DNA of 64,000 nucleotides from an uncultured Chloroflexia bacterium (lineage in GTDB: Bacteria; Chloroflexota; Limnocylindria; Limnocylindrales; CSP1-4): positions 2,560,001 through 2,624,000 of the forward strand of contig OY970218.1 of assembly GCA_963713975.1 (NCBI GenBank), written 5' to 3'. The notes beneath the pieces are model-generated. The model was given only the letters and a program-made list of their open reading frames with translations. It had not been told where the DNA came from and searched no databases. This document shows, in pieces, positions 29,072 to 38,929 of the stretch; the stretch's first letter is position 1; each line of letters starts with the position of its first letter. A program made the translations under genes and the position numbers.

Positions 29072-30103
29072 GTGAATACCAGGTACCGCGCCAACGTGGC
29101 CCTCGTCGCTCTCGTGGCCCTGCCACTGCTGGTGACGGCGTGTGGTCCCTCTGCCCCGTCGCCGTCCGCTGCCGCGCCGTCCGCCGTCCGGCTGGCCCTG
29201 GACTGGACGCCCAACACCAACCACATGGCCTTCTTCGTGGCGCAGGCCAAGGGCTGGTACGAGGAGGCCGGCATCGAGCTCGACGTGCTGCCCTATGGCG
29301 GCACGGCGCCGGAGGCCATCCTCGCCGCCCACCAGGCCGAGTGTGGGATCAGCTTCCAGGATGCGCTCACCTTCGCGGCTGCGGCCGGCGCACCCATCGT
29401 GAGCACCATGGCGATCCTCCAGCACACGGCGCAGGACATCGCCGTGCTGGCCTCGTCCCCGGTCACCCGCCCGGCGCAGCTCGACGGAATGGTGTATGCC
29501 GGATTCGGCTACCCGAATGAGGTGCCCACGCTCGAGGCGGTCATCCAGGCCGATGGCGGCACCGGCGAGTTCGACACGGTCACCCTGGACACGGCCGCCT
29601 ACGAGGCGCTCTACAACCAGCGGGCCGACTTCGTGATCACGTTCAGCGCCTGGGAGGGGGTGGAGGCGGCCCAGCGGGGCATCGCGCTCCGGACGTTCAG
29701 GTTCACGGACTATGGCTTCCCGGACTTCTACCAGGTGGTCCTCGCCTGCGACAGGGACTGGATCGAGCGGAACCCGGCGGCCGCGAAGGCGTTCGTGGGC
29801 GCTACGGTCCGCGGTCTCGAGTTCGCGGCGGCCAACCCGGACGAGGCGGCCGACGTCCTCGTTGCCCAGAACCCGGGTGTGTTCGACGCCAACCCGGACC
29901 TGCCGAAGGCGTCCGCCCGCTTCATGGCGGAGCAGGGCCTGCTGCTGGACGCGGACGGGCGCGCCGGCACGCAGACCCTGGACACGTGGACCGGCTACTC
30001 GGGCTTCCTCTACGAGCAGGGGCTGCTGGTGGATCCCGCCGGCAAGCCGCTCACGGCGCCGCCGGATTACGGAGCGCTGTACACCAGCGACCTGATGCCA
30101 TGA
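29072..30103 (+). CDS. thiY: NMT1/THI5-like ABC substrate-binding lipoprotein (thiamine precursor uptake)
   Basis: Lipobox LVTAC, LALDWTPNTNH, KGWYEEAGI; under a TPP riboswitch. Confidence 0.85.
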   Translation: MNTRYRANVALVALVALPLLVTACGPSAPSPSAAAPSAVRLALDWTPNTNHMAFFVAQAKGWYEEAGIELDVLPYGGTAPEAILAAHQAECGISFQDALTFAAAAGAPIVSTMAILQHTAQDIAVLASSPVTRPAQLDGMVYAGFGYPNEVPTLEAVIQADGGTGEFDTVTLDTAAYEALYNQRADFVITFSAWEGVEAAQRGIALRTFRFTDYGFPDFYQVVLACDRDWIERNPAAAKAFVGATVRGLEFAAANPDEAADVLVAQNPGVFDANPDLPKASARFMAEQGLLLDADGRAGTQTLDTWTGYSGFLYEQGLLVDPAGKPLTAPPDYGALYTSDLMP

Positions 30104-30141
30104 CCGCACCGGTGATCCCGACTGGGCCGCGTCCGCGATGA
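30100..30141 (+). other. 13-codon bridging mini-ORF, possible scar of a deleted gene
   Basis: MTAPVIPTGPRPR-stop with ATGA overlaps at both the thiY stop and the permease start. Confidence 0.5.
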
Positions 30142-30926
30142 CCGGGCTCCGGAGGCGCCTGCCGACGCTGGTCCTGGTCGGGGCGATCCTGGTCCTGTGG
30201 GAGGCCTATGTCCGCCTCGCCGGGGTGGATCCCATCGTCCTGCCTGGGCCGGTGCGGATCGCCGATGCGCTCTGGACCTATCGCGACGACGCCGTCCGGC
30301 ATGCCCTGCCCACCGCCCTCGAGACCGTCCTCGGGTTCGCGCTCGCGGTGGTGCTGGCGATCGCGGCGGCGGCGGCGATGGACCGGGTGACCGCGGTCCG
30401 GCGCGCGGTCGAGCCAGTCCTCGTGACCTCGCAGACCATCCCCATCGTGGCCCTCGCGCCGCTGTTCCTGCTGTGGTTCGGGTTCGGGCTGCTGCCCAAG
30501 GTGCTGATCGTGATCCTGGTCACGTTCTTCCCCATCGTGGTCTCCCTCCTCGACGGGTTCCGGAGCACGCCTCCGGATGCCGAGGACCTGATGCGCTCCT
30601 ACGGCGCCACGGACGGCCAGGTGTTCCGCAAGCTGCGCTGGCCGGCCGCCCTGCCGTTCTTCTTCACGGGCCTGCGGATCTCCGTGGTGTACGCGGTGAT
30701 CGGGGCGGTGTTCGGCGAGTACGTTGGGGCGCGCGAGGGGTTGGGGATCTGGATGCAGATCAGCCAGAACGCGTTCAGGACGGACCTCGTGTTCGCGGCG
30801 ATCGTCGTCACGTCTGCGCTGTCGCTCGTGCTCTACGGCCTGGTTGGCGTAGCACGGCGGATCGCGATCCCGTGGGCGCCGGGCGTCCGTCGCGAGCCCG
30901 GGCTCGAGGACCAGCCGTTCACGTAG
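30138..30926 (+). CDS. thiX: ABC permease, SsuC/TauC/ThiX type
   Basis: SQTIPIVALAPL, FFPIVVSLLDG, WPAALPFFFTGLRIS, GEYVGAREGLG. Confidence 0.85.
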   Translation: MTGLRRRLPTLVLVGAILVLWEAYVRLAGVDPIVLPGPVRIADALWTYRDDAVRHALPTALETVLGFALAVVLAIAAAAAMDRVTAVRRAVEPVLVTSQTIPIVALAPLFLLWFGFGLLPKVLIVILVTFFPIVVSLLDGFRSTPPDAEDLMRSYGATDGQVFRKLRWPAALPFFFTGLRISVVYAVIGAVFGEYVGAREGLGIWMQISQNAFRTDLVFAAIVVTSALSLVLYGLVGVARRIAIPWAPGVRREPGLEDQPFT

Positions 30927-31158
30927 GCCGCGGGGCCTCGCCCGGTACCCCGGGACACCATCGGGCTATTGCGCCTTCGCGCGCGACGAGGCATCAAGGT
31001 GGTGCGCGAGAGCACCGTGTTTCGCGATGCTCGTCGTGCCCTCCGGGAAGTCGTCAACTGCCGCAGCCATCCACCGTCCACGCAAGCATCAGCCAGCGCC
31101 GGGTGAGCGTCCGCCGGCGACGGACGAGGCTGCCCGCGTCCAGCCCCGTGGGGGTCAC

Positions 31159-31737
31159 GTGATCTCCACTGGGCGCATGGTCCGCCGCCGCCGGCGCATC
31201 CTCGCCTTCGCGTGGGTCGTCGCGATCGCCGTCGCGGGCGGCGCCGGCGCCGTCTCGCTGGCCCTCTTCACCCGGGAGGGGCCGGTTGAAGTGCCATTCA
31301 CCGTGGGGACGATCTCGCTTGGGCTGGCTCCGGCGGGGACGCTCATCACGTTCTCGGGGATGGTTCCCGGAGATGCGGTGGCGGGCCCGCTCGAGATCGC
31401 CAACGGGGGAACCGGAGCGCTCCGGTATTCGATGACATCCGAGGCGACGGACCTGGATGGGAAGCACCTTCTCGACGTCCTGATGCTCGCCGTGGAGCGC
31501 CGGAGCGGGTGCGACGGCGCCGTCCTCGAGACGATCTACAGCGGCCCCATCGGTCTGGCCGCGTTCGGGGATCCAGCCCCCGGTCTCGACCCTGGCGACC
31601 GCGCGCTCGGGTCCGGCTCGTCCGAGGTCCTGTGCTTGAGCGCGATGCTGCCGGTGGGGACCGACTTCCTGTACGGCGGGGCGGCATCCACCGCGACGCT
31701 CACGTTCTGGGCCGAGCAGACGGCGGGGAACCCGTGA
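31159..31737 (+). CDS. TasA/camelysin-family protein with SipW-type signal peptide (subunit 1)
   Basis: RRRRR-hydrophobic-GAGAVSLA|LFT; FTVGTISL, GMVPGD, IANGGTGALRY, C-terminal TLTFWAEQTAGNP. Confidence 0.8.
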   Translation: MISTGRMVRRRRRILAFAWVVAIAVAGGAGAVSLALFTREGPVEVPFTVGTISLGLAPAGTLITFSGMVPGDAVAGPLEIANGGTGALRYSMTSEATDLDGKHLLDVLMLAVERRSGCDGAVLETIYSGPIGLAAFGDPAPGLDPGDRALGSGSSEVLCLSAMLPVGTDFLYGGAASTATLTFWAEQTAGNP

Positions 31738-34700
31738 GCGGGCCGAGGCGCGCCCTCGTGACCGCGCTGCGATGCGCCTTGTTCGCCATGGTGCTTGGCG
31801 GCCTCCTCGTGGCCGGTAGTGCAGCCGCGGCTCCGGCCACCAGCTATCGCCTGATCGCCCTCACCTCCGGCTCGATGGCTCCGACGGTTCCCATGGGCTC
31901 GCTCGCCGTCATCGAGAGCGTCGAGCCGGGTGAGGTCCAGGCGGGTGACGTGGTGACGGTCCGGCTGGGGTCCGGCGCCCTCCTCACGCACCGGGTCATC
32001 GAGGTCACCACGCAGGACGGGTATCCGGCACTGCTCCTGCGCGGCGACGCCAACCCGGTCGCCGACCGTGCGGTCATTCCGCTCGACAGCCTCGTCGGTC
32101 GCGTCTCGGCGGTTGTGCCGGCTGCGGGATACCTCCTGTGGGCGCTCAGCCGGCCCGAGGGCATCGCCACCTGGGCAGCGGTTGCGTGCCTCCTGCTGCT
32201 CGGACTTGCGGCTGCTGGTGGGACTGGCGGTCGGAAGCCCCACCGGGGTGCACGCCTCTGGCGGGCGATGCGGGGGGGTCGCCTCAGAGCCCCGGCGATG
32301 GCGCTCCGGCGTGCGATGTGGCTTGGCCTCGACCAGCCTGCCATGGCCGCCGTGATCTTCGTCGTGCTGGTCGCGGGCGGGAGCTCGACCCTGGCATCCG
32401 CCGCCATCTTCACCACGTCGGCCACGGTCGGCGACAACACCTTCAGCACCGGGACCTGGTCCGCGAGTGCCTATCGCTCGGTGGCCAGCGGTGCCTGGGC
32501 CGACCCGGCGACGTGGCAGCGGCATAACGGGGTTGGCTGGGTGTCTGCCACCAGGCCGCCCGAATCCATGGACGGCGTGGTGACCGTGGGCAGTGGCCAT
32601 GTCGTGACCGTCGAACGGCCGGTGGCCGTCGATGAGGTCGTTGTGGCCTCTGGAGGCCAGCTTGCCGTGGCGGATGGCGTGATCCTTACCGTCGAGGACG
32701 GCTCGGGCGCGGACCTTGGCATCGCGGGCACGTTCGACACGATCGGGACGACGACGCTCGATTCCGGGGCGGATGTCGCGATCGAGAGCGGCGGGCTCCT
32801 CGTCGTGTCGGGGACCCTCGATGGCGCGGGATCCCTCACCGGGCGGTCGGGCACGCTCCAGGCGAGCGGAGGCGCACGATCCATCCCGGTTCCGGTGATG
32901 CTCGAGACGTCCCTGACCGTTGCCGGAACCGAAGGCATGTCGCTCGGGGACGAGGTGGGCGGTACCGGCGCGCTCATCAAGAACGGCACCGGCACCCTGA
33001 CCCTGGGTGGCGCCAGCACCTACACCGGGGCCACCACCGTCAACGCCGGCACCCTCCGGCTGGGGACCGCCAACGCGATCGGCCCGTCGAGCGCGACCAC
33101 GGTCGCCGCGGGCGCGGTGCTCGATCTCGCGGGCCACGACGAGACCCTGGGCTCGCTCGCCGGGGCGGGCACGGTGACCAGCGGGGTGCCCGGCGCAGTG
33201 ACCCTGACCGTGGGCGGCAACGGCGTCGGCACCGGCACCTTCTCCGGGCTGCTCGAGGACGGGGGCGGCCAGCTGGCCCTGGTCAAGACCGGCACCGGCA
33301 CCCTGACCCTGTCGGGCACCCTCAGCACGTACACGGGGACCACCACGATCAGCGCCGGCATCCTCTCGGTCAGCAACGACCGGGCGCTCGGTGCCGTGCC
33401 ACTCGTTCCGTCCCCGGGCCGGCTCGTGATCGGCACCGCCACCCTGGCCACCACCGCGACGTTCACCCTCGACGCCGACCGGGGCATCGCGACCAGCGGC
33501 ACCAGCACCGTCTCGGCGGGCACCGGCACCACGCTCACCTACGGCGGGACCATCGCGGGCACGGGAGCGCTGGCCAAGACCGGCACCGGCACCCTCGTCC
33601 TGTCGGGTGCCAGCACGTACACGGGGACCACCACGATCAGCGCCGGCATCCTCTCGATCGCGGACGACACCGCCCTGGGCGCCGTCCCGGACTCGCCCAC
33701 GCCGGGCCGGCTCGTGATCGGCACCGCCACCCTGGCCACCACCGCGACGTTCACCCTCGACGCCGACCGGGGCATCGCGACCAGCGGCACCAGCACCGTC
33801 TCGGCGGGCACCGGCACCACGCTCACCTACGGCGGGACCATCGCGGGCACGGGAGCGCTGGCCAAGACCGGCACCGGCACCCTCGTCCTGTCGGGTGCCA
33901 GCACGTACACGGGGACCACCACGATCAGCGCCGGCATCCTCTCGATCGCGGACGACACCGCCCTGGGCGCCGTCCCGGACTCGCCCACGCCGGGCCGGCT
34001 CGTGATCGGCACCGCCACCCTGGCCACCACCGCGACGTTCACCCTCGACGCCGACCGGGGCATCGCGACCAGCGGCACCAGCACCGTCTCGGCGGGCACC
34101 GGCACCACGCTCACCTACGGCGGGACCATCGCGGGCACGGGAGCGCTGGCCAAGACCGGCACCGGCACCCTCGTCCTGTCGGGTGCCAGCACGTACACCG
34201 GGATCACCACCATCAGCGCGGGGGTCATCCGGGTGCAGCACGAGAGCGCCCTGGGCTCCACGGCCGGCGGCACCACCGTCACCTCGGGCGCGGCGATCGA
34301 GATCGACGGCAGCGGCCTCGCCCTCGCCCTCGCCGACGCGATCACCAGCCTCAACGGCACCGGCGTGGGCGGCACGGGCGCGATCCGCAACCTGGCCGGC
34401 GCCAACAGCTGGTCGGGGGCGATCACGATGGCCGCGAACTCCACGGTCAGCACCGACGCCGGCACGCTCACCCTCGGAGCGATCGCCGGCAACACCCGCA
34501 CCCTGACCATCATCGGGGCCGGGAACACGACCATCGGCGGCGTGATCGCCACGACCACCGGCGCGCTCATCAAGAACGGCACCGGCACCCTGACCCTGGG
34601 TGGCGCCAGCACCTACACCGGGGCCACCACCGTCAACGCCGGCACCCTCCGGCTGGGGACCGCCAACGCGATCGGCCCGTCGAGCGCGACCACGGTCGCC

Positions 34701-37700
34701 GCGGGCGCGGTGCTCGATCTCGCGGGCCACGACGAGACCCTGGGCTCGCTCGCCGGGGCGGGCACGGTGACCAGCGGGGTGCCCGGCGCAGTGACCCTGA
34801 CCGTGGGCGGCAACGGCGTCGGCACCGGCACCTTCTCCGGGCTGCTCGAGGACGGGGGCGGCCAGCTGGCCCTGGTCAAGACCGGCACCGGCACCCTGAC
34901 CCTGTCGGGCACCCTCAGCACGTACACGGGGACCACCACGATCAGCGCCGGCATCCTCTCGGTCAGCAACGACCGGGCGCTCGGTGCCGTGCCACTCGTT
35001 CCGTCCCCGGGCCGGCTCGTGATCGGCACCGCCACCCTGGCCACCACCGCGACGTTCACCCTCGACGCCGACCGGGGCATCGCGACCAGCGGCACCAGCA
35101 CCGTCTCGGCGGGCACCGGCACCACGCTCACCTACGGCGGGACCATCGCGGGCACGGGAGCGCTGGCCAAGACCGGCACCGGCACCCTCGTCCTGTCGGG
35201 TGCCAGCACGTACACGGGGACCACCACGATCAGCGCCGGCATCCTCTCGATCGCGGACGACACCGCCCTGGGCGCCGTCCCGGACTCGCCCACGCCGGGC
35301 CGGCTCGTGATCGGCACCGCCACCCTGGCCACCACCGCGACGTTCACCCTCGACGCCGACCGGGGCATCGCGACCAGCGGCACCAGCACCGTCTCGGCGG
35401 GCACCGGCACCACGCTCACCTACGGCGGGACCATCGCGGGCACGGGAGCGCTGGCCAAGACCGGCACCGGCACCCTCGTCCTGTCGGGTGCCAGCACGTA
35501 CACCGGGATCACCACCATCAGCGCGGGGGTCATCCGGGTGCAGCACGAGAGCGCCCTGGGCTCCACGGCCGGCGGCACCACCGTCACCTCGGGCGCGGCG
35601 ATCGAGATCGACGGCAGCGGCCTCGCCCTCGCCCTCGCCGACGCGATCACCAGCCTCAACGGCACCGGCGTGGGCGGCACGGGCGCGATCCGCAACCTGG
35701 CCGGCGCCAACAGCTGGTCGGGGGCGATCACGATGGCCGCGAACTCCACGGTCAGCACCGACGCCGGCACGCTCACCCTCGGAGCGATCGCCGGCAACAC
35801 CCGCACCCTGACCATCATCGGGGCCGGGAACACGACCATCGGCGGCGTGATCGCCACGACCACCGGCGCGCTCATCAAGAACGGCACCGGCACCCTGACC
35901 CTGGGTGGCGCCAGCACCTACACCGGGGCCACCACCGTCAACGCCGGCACCCTCCGGCTGGGGACCGCCAACGCGATCGGCCCGTCGAGCGCGACCACGG
36001 TCGCCGCGGGCGCGGTGCTCGATCTCGCGGGCCACGACGAGACCCTGGGCTCGCTCGCCGGGGCGGGCACGGTGACCAGCGGGGTGCCCGGCGCAGTGAC
36101 CCTGACCGTGGGCGGCAACGGCGTCGGCACCGGCACCTTCTCCGGGCTGCTCGAGGACGGGGGCGGCCAGCTGGCCCTGGTCAAGACCGGCACCGGCACC
36201 CTGACCCTGTCGGGCACCCTCAGCACGTACACGGGGACCACCACGATCAGCGCCGGCATCCTCTCGGTCAGCAACGACCGGGCGCTCGGTGCCGTGCCAC
36301 TCGTTCCGTCCCCGGGCCGGCTCGTGATCGGCACCGCCACCCTGGCCACCACCGCGACGTTCACCCTCGACGCCGACCGGGGCATCGCGACCAGCGGCAC
36401 CAGCACCGTCTCGGCGGGCACCGGCACCACGCTCACCTACGGCGGGACCATCGCGGGCACGGGAGCGCTGGCCAAGACCGGCACCGGCACCCTCGTCCTG
36501 TCGGGTGCCAGCACGTACACGGGGACCACCACGATCAGCGCCGGCATCCTCTCGATCGCGACGACACCGCCCTGGGCGCCGTGCCCGGACTCGCCCGTCG
36601 CCGGGCCGGCTCGTGATCGGCACCGCCACCCTGGCCACCACCGCGACGTTCACCCTCGACGCCGACCGGGGCATCGCGACCAGCGGCACCAGCACCGTCT
36701 CGGCGGGCACCGGCACCACGCTCACCTACGGCGGGACCATCGCGGGCACGGGAGCGCTGGCCAAGACCGGCACCGGCACCCTCGTCCTGTCGGGTGCCAG
36801 CACGTACACGGGGACCACCACGATCAGCGCCGGCATCCTCTCGATCGCGGACGACACCGCCCTGGGCGCCGTCCCGGACTCGCCCACGCCGGGCCGGCTC
36901 GTGATCGGCACCGCCACCCTGGCCACCACCGCGACGTTCACCCTCGACGCCGACCGGGGCATCGCGACCAGCGGCACCAGCACCGTCTCGGCGGGCACCG
37001 GCACCACGCTCACCTACGGCGGGACCATCGCGGGCACGGGAGCGCTGGCCAAGACCGGCACCGGCACCCTCGTCCTGTCGGGTGCCAGCACGTACACCGG
37101 GATCACCACCATCAGCGCGGGGGTCATCCGGGTGCAGCACGAGAGCGCCCTGGGCTCCACGGCCGGCGGCACCACCGTCACCTCGGGCGCGGCGATCGAG
37201 ATCGACGGCAGCGGCCTCGCCCTCGCCCTCGCCGACGCGATCACCAGCCTCAACGGCACCGGCGTGGGCGGCACGGGCGCGATCCGCAACCTGGCCGGCG
37301 CCAACAGCTGGTCGGGGGCGATCACGATGGCCGCGAACTCCACGGTCAGCACCGACGCCGGCACGCTCACCCTCGGAGCGATCGCCGGCAACACCCGCAC
37401 CCTGACCATCATCGGGGCCGGGAACACGACCATCGGCGGCGTGATCGCCACGACCACCGGCGCGCTCATCAAGAACGGCACCGGCACCCTGACCCTGGGT
37501 GGCGCCAGCACCTACACCGGGGCCACCACCGTCAACGCCGGCACCCTCGACGTCAACGGGAGCACCGCCGGCGGCGGGTTCACCGTGGCGGCTGGTGCCA
37601 CGCTGGGAGGCTCCGGAACCGTCGGTGGAACGGTCAGCGTCTCGGGCACGCTGAGCCCTGGCTCATCCGCCGGGCGGCTGACGAACGGTGCGCTGACGCT

Positions 37701-38019
37701 GGTCGCAGCGTCCACGTTCGCCGTCGAGATCGGTGGCACGACGCCCGCCAGCCAGCACGACCAGGACCGCGTTGCCAGCGGCGCGATCACGATCGGCGCT
37801 GGCGTCCAGCTCTCGCTGGTCACGATCGGAGGCTTCACTCCGACCATCGGCCAGACGTTCCTGATCCTCGACAAGGCGTCCGCCGGCGCGATCAGCGGCA
37901 CCTTCACCGGCCTCCCCCAGGGCTCGACGATCGCGACGTTCCTGGGCAGCGCGCTGAGCGCGCAGATCAGCTACACCGCCGGCGATGGCAACGACGTGGT
38001 GCTCACGGTCCTGCCCTGA
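31734..38019 (+). CDS. SipW-type signal peptidase fused to a giant beta-helix adhesin with autotransporter-associated beta-strand repeats (one apparent frameshift at ~36560-36600)
   Basis: GTGA overlap start; SGSMAPT, GDVVT, THRV, RGDAN; internal signal ...AGGSSTLASAA|IFTTSATVGDNTFSTGTW; repeated LxKxGTGTLxLxGASTYTGxTT(I/V)xAGxL; ends ISYTAGDGNDVVLTVLP in the +1 frame; ~2094 aa if corrected. Confidence 0.85.
32964..37548 (+). repeat. Near-identical intragenic tandem macro-repeats (1593, 1305, 1594 nt plus a partial unit) built with 288-nt subunits
   Basis: Unit start ACCGGCGCGCTCATCAAGAAC at 32964, 34557, 35862 and 37456; the 288-nt module occurs 2, 1 and 2 times. Confidence 0.95.
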
Positions 38020-38268
38020 CCGTCCGCGGATCCCGTCCTCGGTGCGTTGACGCACCGGGCGCGCGGCCTTCGACCGGCCGGCGGGGCACGTCGGCGAACG
38101 AAGGTACTCCCGCCGATGGCCCCTCCGGCTGGTGCGCACGGTCACGCCGATCCTGTCCACTACGGCGAACCGCGAGCAGCGTCGGGACGATGACCTTCGG
38201 GCAGCCGGTAGCGCGGCCGAACGACGGCCCCGACGGGCGCGGCAGCTCATATGGGAGCATGAAGCAAA

Positions 38269-38853
38269 TTGACCCAGCACCAGCCATTCCCGCCCCTTGC
38301 GGGCCGCTCTTGGTGGCGCCACGGCCAGGTCGCCCTCATCGCAGGCTCGCTGGTCGCCATGATCGGCGCCGGTGCGATGTCACTTGCAACGTTCACCGAC
38401 AGTGAGGCGTCCACCGGCTCATGGACGGCGGGCACGATCGTGCTCGGCGTAAGCCCGACGACCACATTCACGGCAAACAACATCATGCCCGGCGACACCG
38501 GCAGCCAGGACCTCACCGTCTCGAACAACGGGACCGGCGCCCTGCGCTATGCGATGTCGGGCGCCTCCACCAACCTTGACGGACTCGGGCTCGCGGCCCA
38601 GGTGGCCCTGACCATCCAGGCGGGCACCTGCGCCTCCCCGACGTCCACGTTGTTCGTCGGCACCCTCGCGACGGCTGCCCTCGGCAGCAACGCCACCGGG
38701 CAGGACACGGGCGACCGCCCGGTCGCGGCTCAGGCCTCCGACAGCCTGTGCTTCACGTGGGACTTCCCGCTCGCTTCCGGCAACGCCTTCCAGGGCGCGG
38801 CCACGGGCACCACGTTCACGTTCGACGCCGAGCAGACCGCCAACAACCCGTAG
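38269..38853 (+). CDS. TasA/camelysin-family protein with SipW-type signal peptide (subunit 2, likely major)
   Basis: GAGAMSLA|TFTDSEASTGSWTAGTIVL, NIMPGDTGSQDLTVSNNGTGALRY, FQGA..TFTFDAEQTANNP; TTG start uncertain. Confidence 0.88.
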   Translation: MTQHQPFPPLAGRSWWRHGQVALIAGSLVAMIGAGAMSLATFTDSEASTGSWTAGTIVLGVSPTTTFTANNIMPGDTGSQDLTVSNNGTGALRYAMSGASTNLDGLGLAAQVALTIQAGTCASPTSTLFVGTLATAALGSNATGQDTGDRPVAAQASDSLCFTWDFPLASGNAFQGAATGTTFTFDAEQTANNP

Positions 38854-38870
38854 CCTGATCGTTCCAGCCC

Positions 38871-38908
38871 GATCGCGCCCGCTCCCCATCGCCGGGGCGG
38901 GCGCGGTC
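38871..38908 (+). terminator. Strong stem-loop between the TasA-like gene and sipW
   Basis: GATCGCGCCCGCTCC pairs with GGGGCGGGCGCGGTC; no U-tract. Confidence 0.65.
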
Positions 38909-38929
38909 CCGTCGGTGGAGCCCTGCGTC

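Noticed and set aside
26573-30109. 1178-aa minus-strand ORF and similar long antisense ORFs (20573-22939, 23688-25607, 44359-46467)
   Set aside because: They overlap well-supported genes and reflect stop-codon scarcity in high-GC DNA.
31536-36725. 1729-aa minus-strand ORF
   Set aside because: Shadow frame of the GC-rich repetitive adhesin gene; low-complexity Gly/Arg/Ala product.
32964-37548. CRISPR array or DGR-type repeats
   Set aside because: Repeats are long, in-frame and coding, with no unique spacers, no cas or reverse transcriptase genes and no adenine-specific variation.
38020-38260. c-di-GMP or c-di-AMP riboswitch upstream of the major TasA-like gene
   Set aside because: No GEMM (GGCAAA...GAAA...GACGCAAAG) or ydaO consensus seen; likely just a promoter region.
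36600-38405. His/Arg-rich C-terminus of the 2298-aa ORF in the track
   Set aside because: Out-of-frame read-through after the indel patch; the true repeat sequence continues in the frame ending at 38019.
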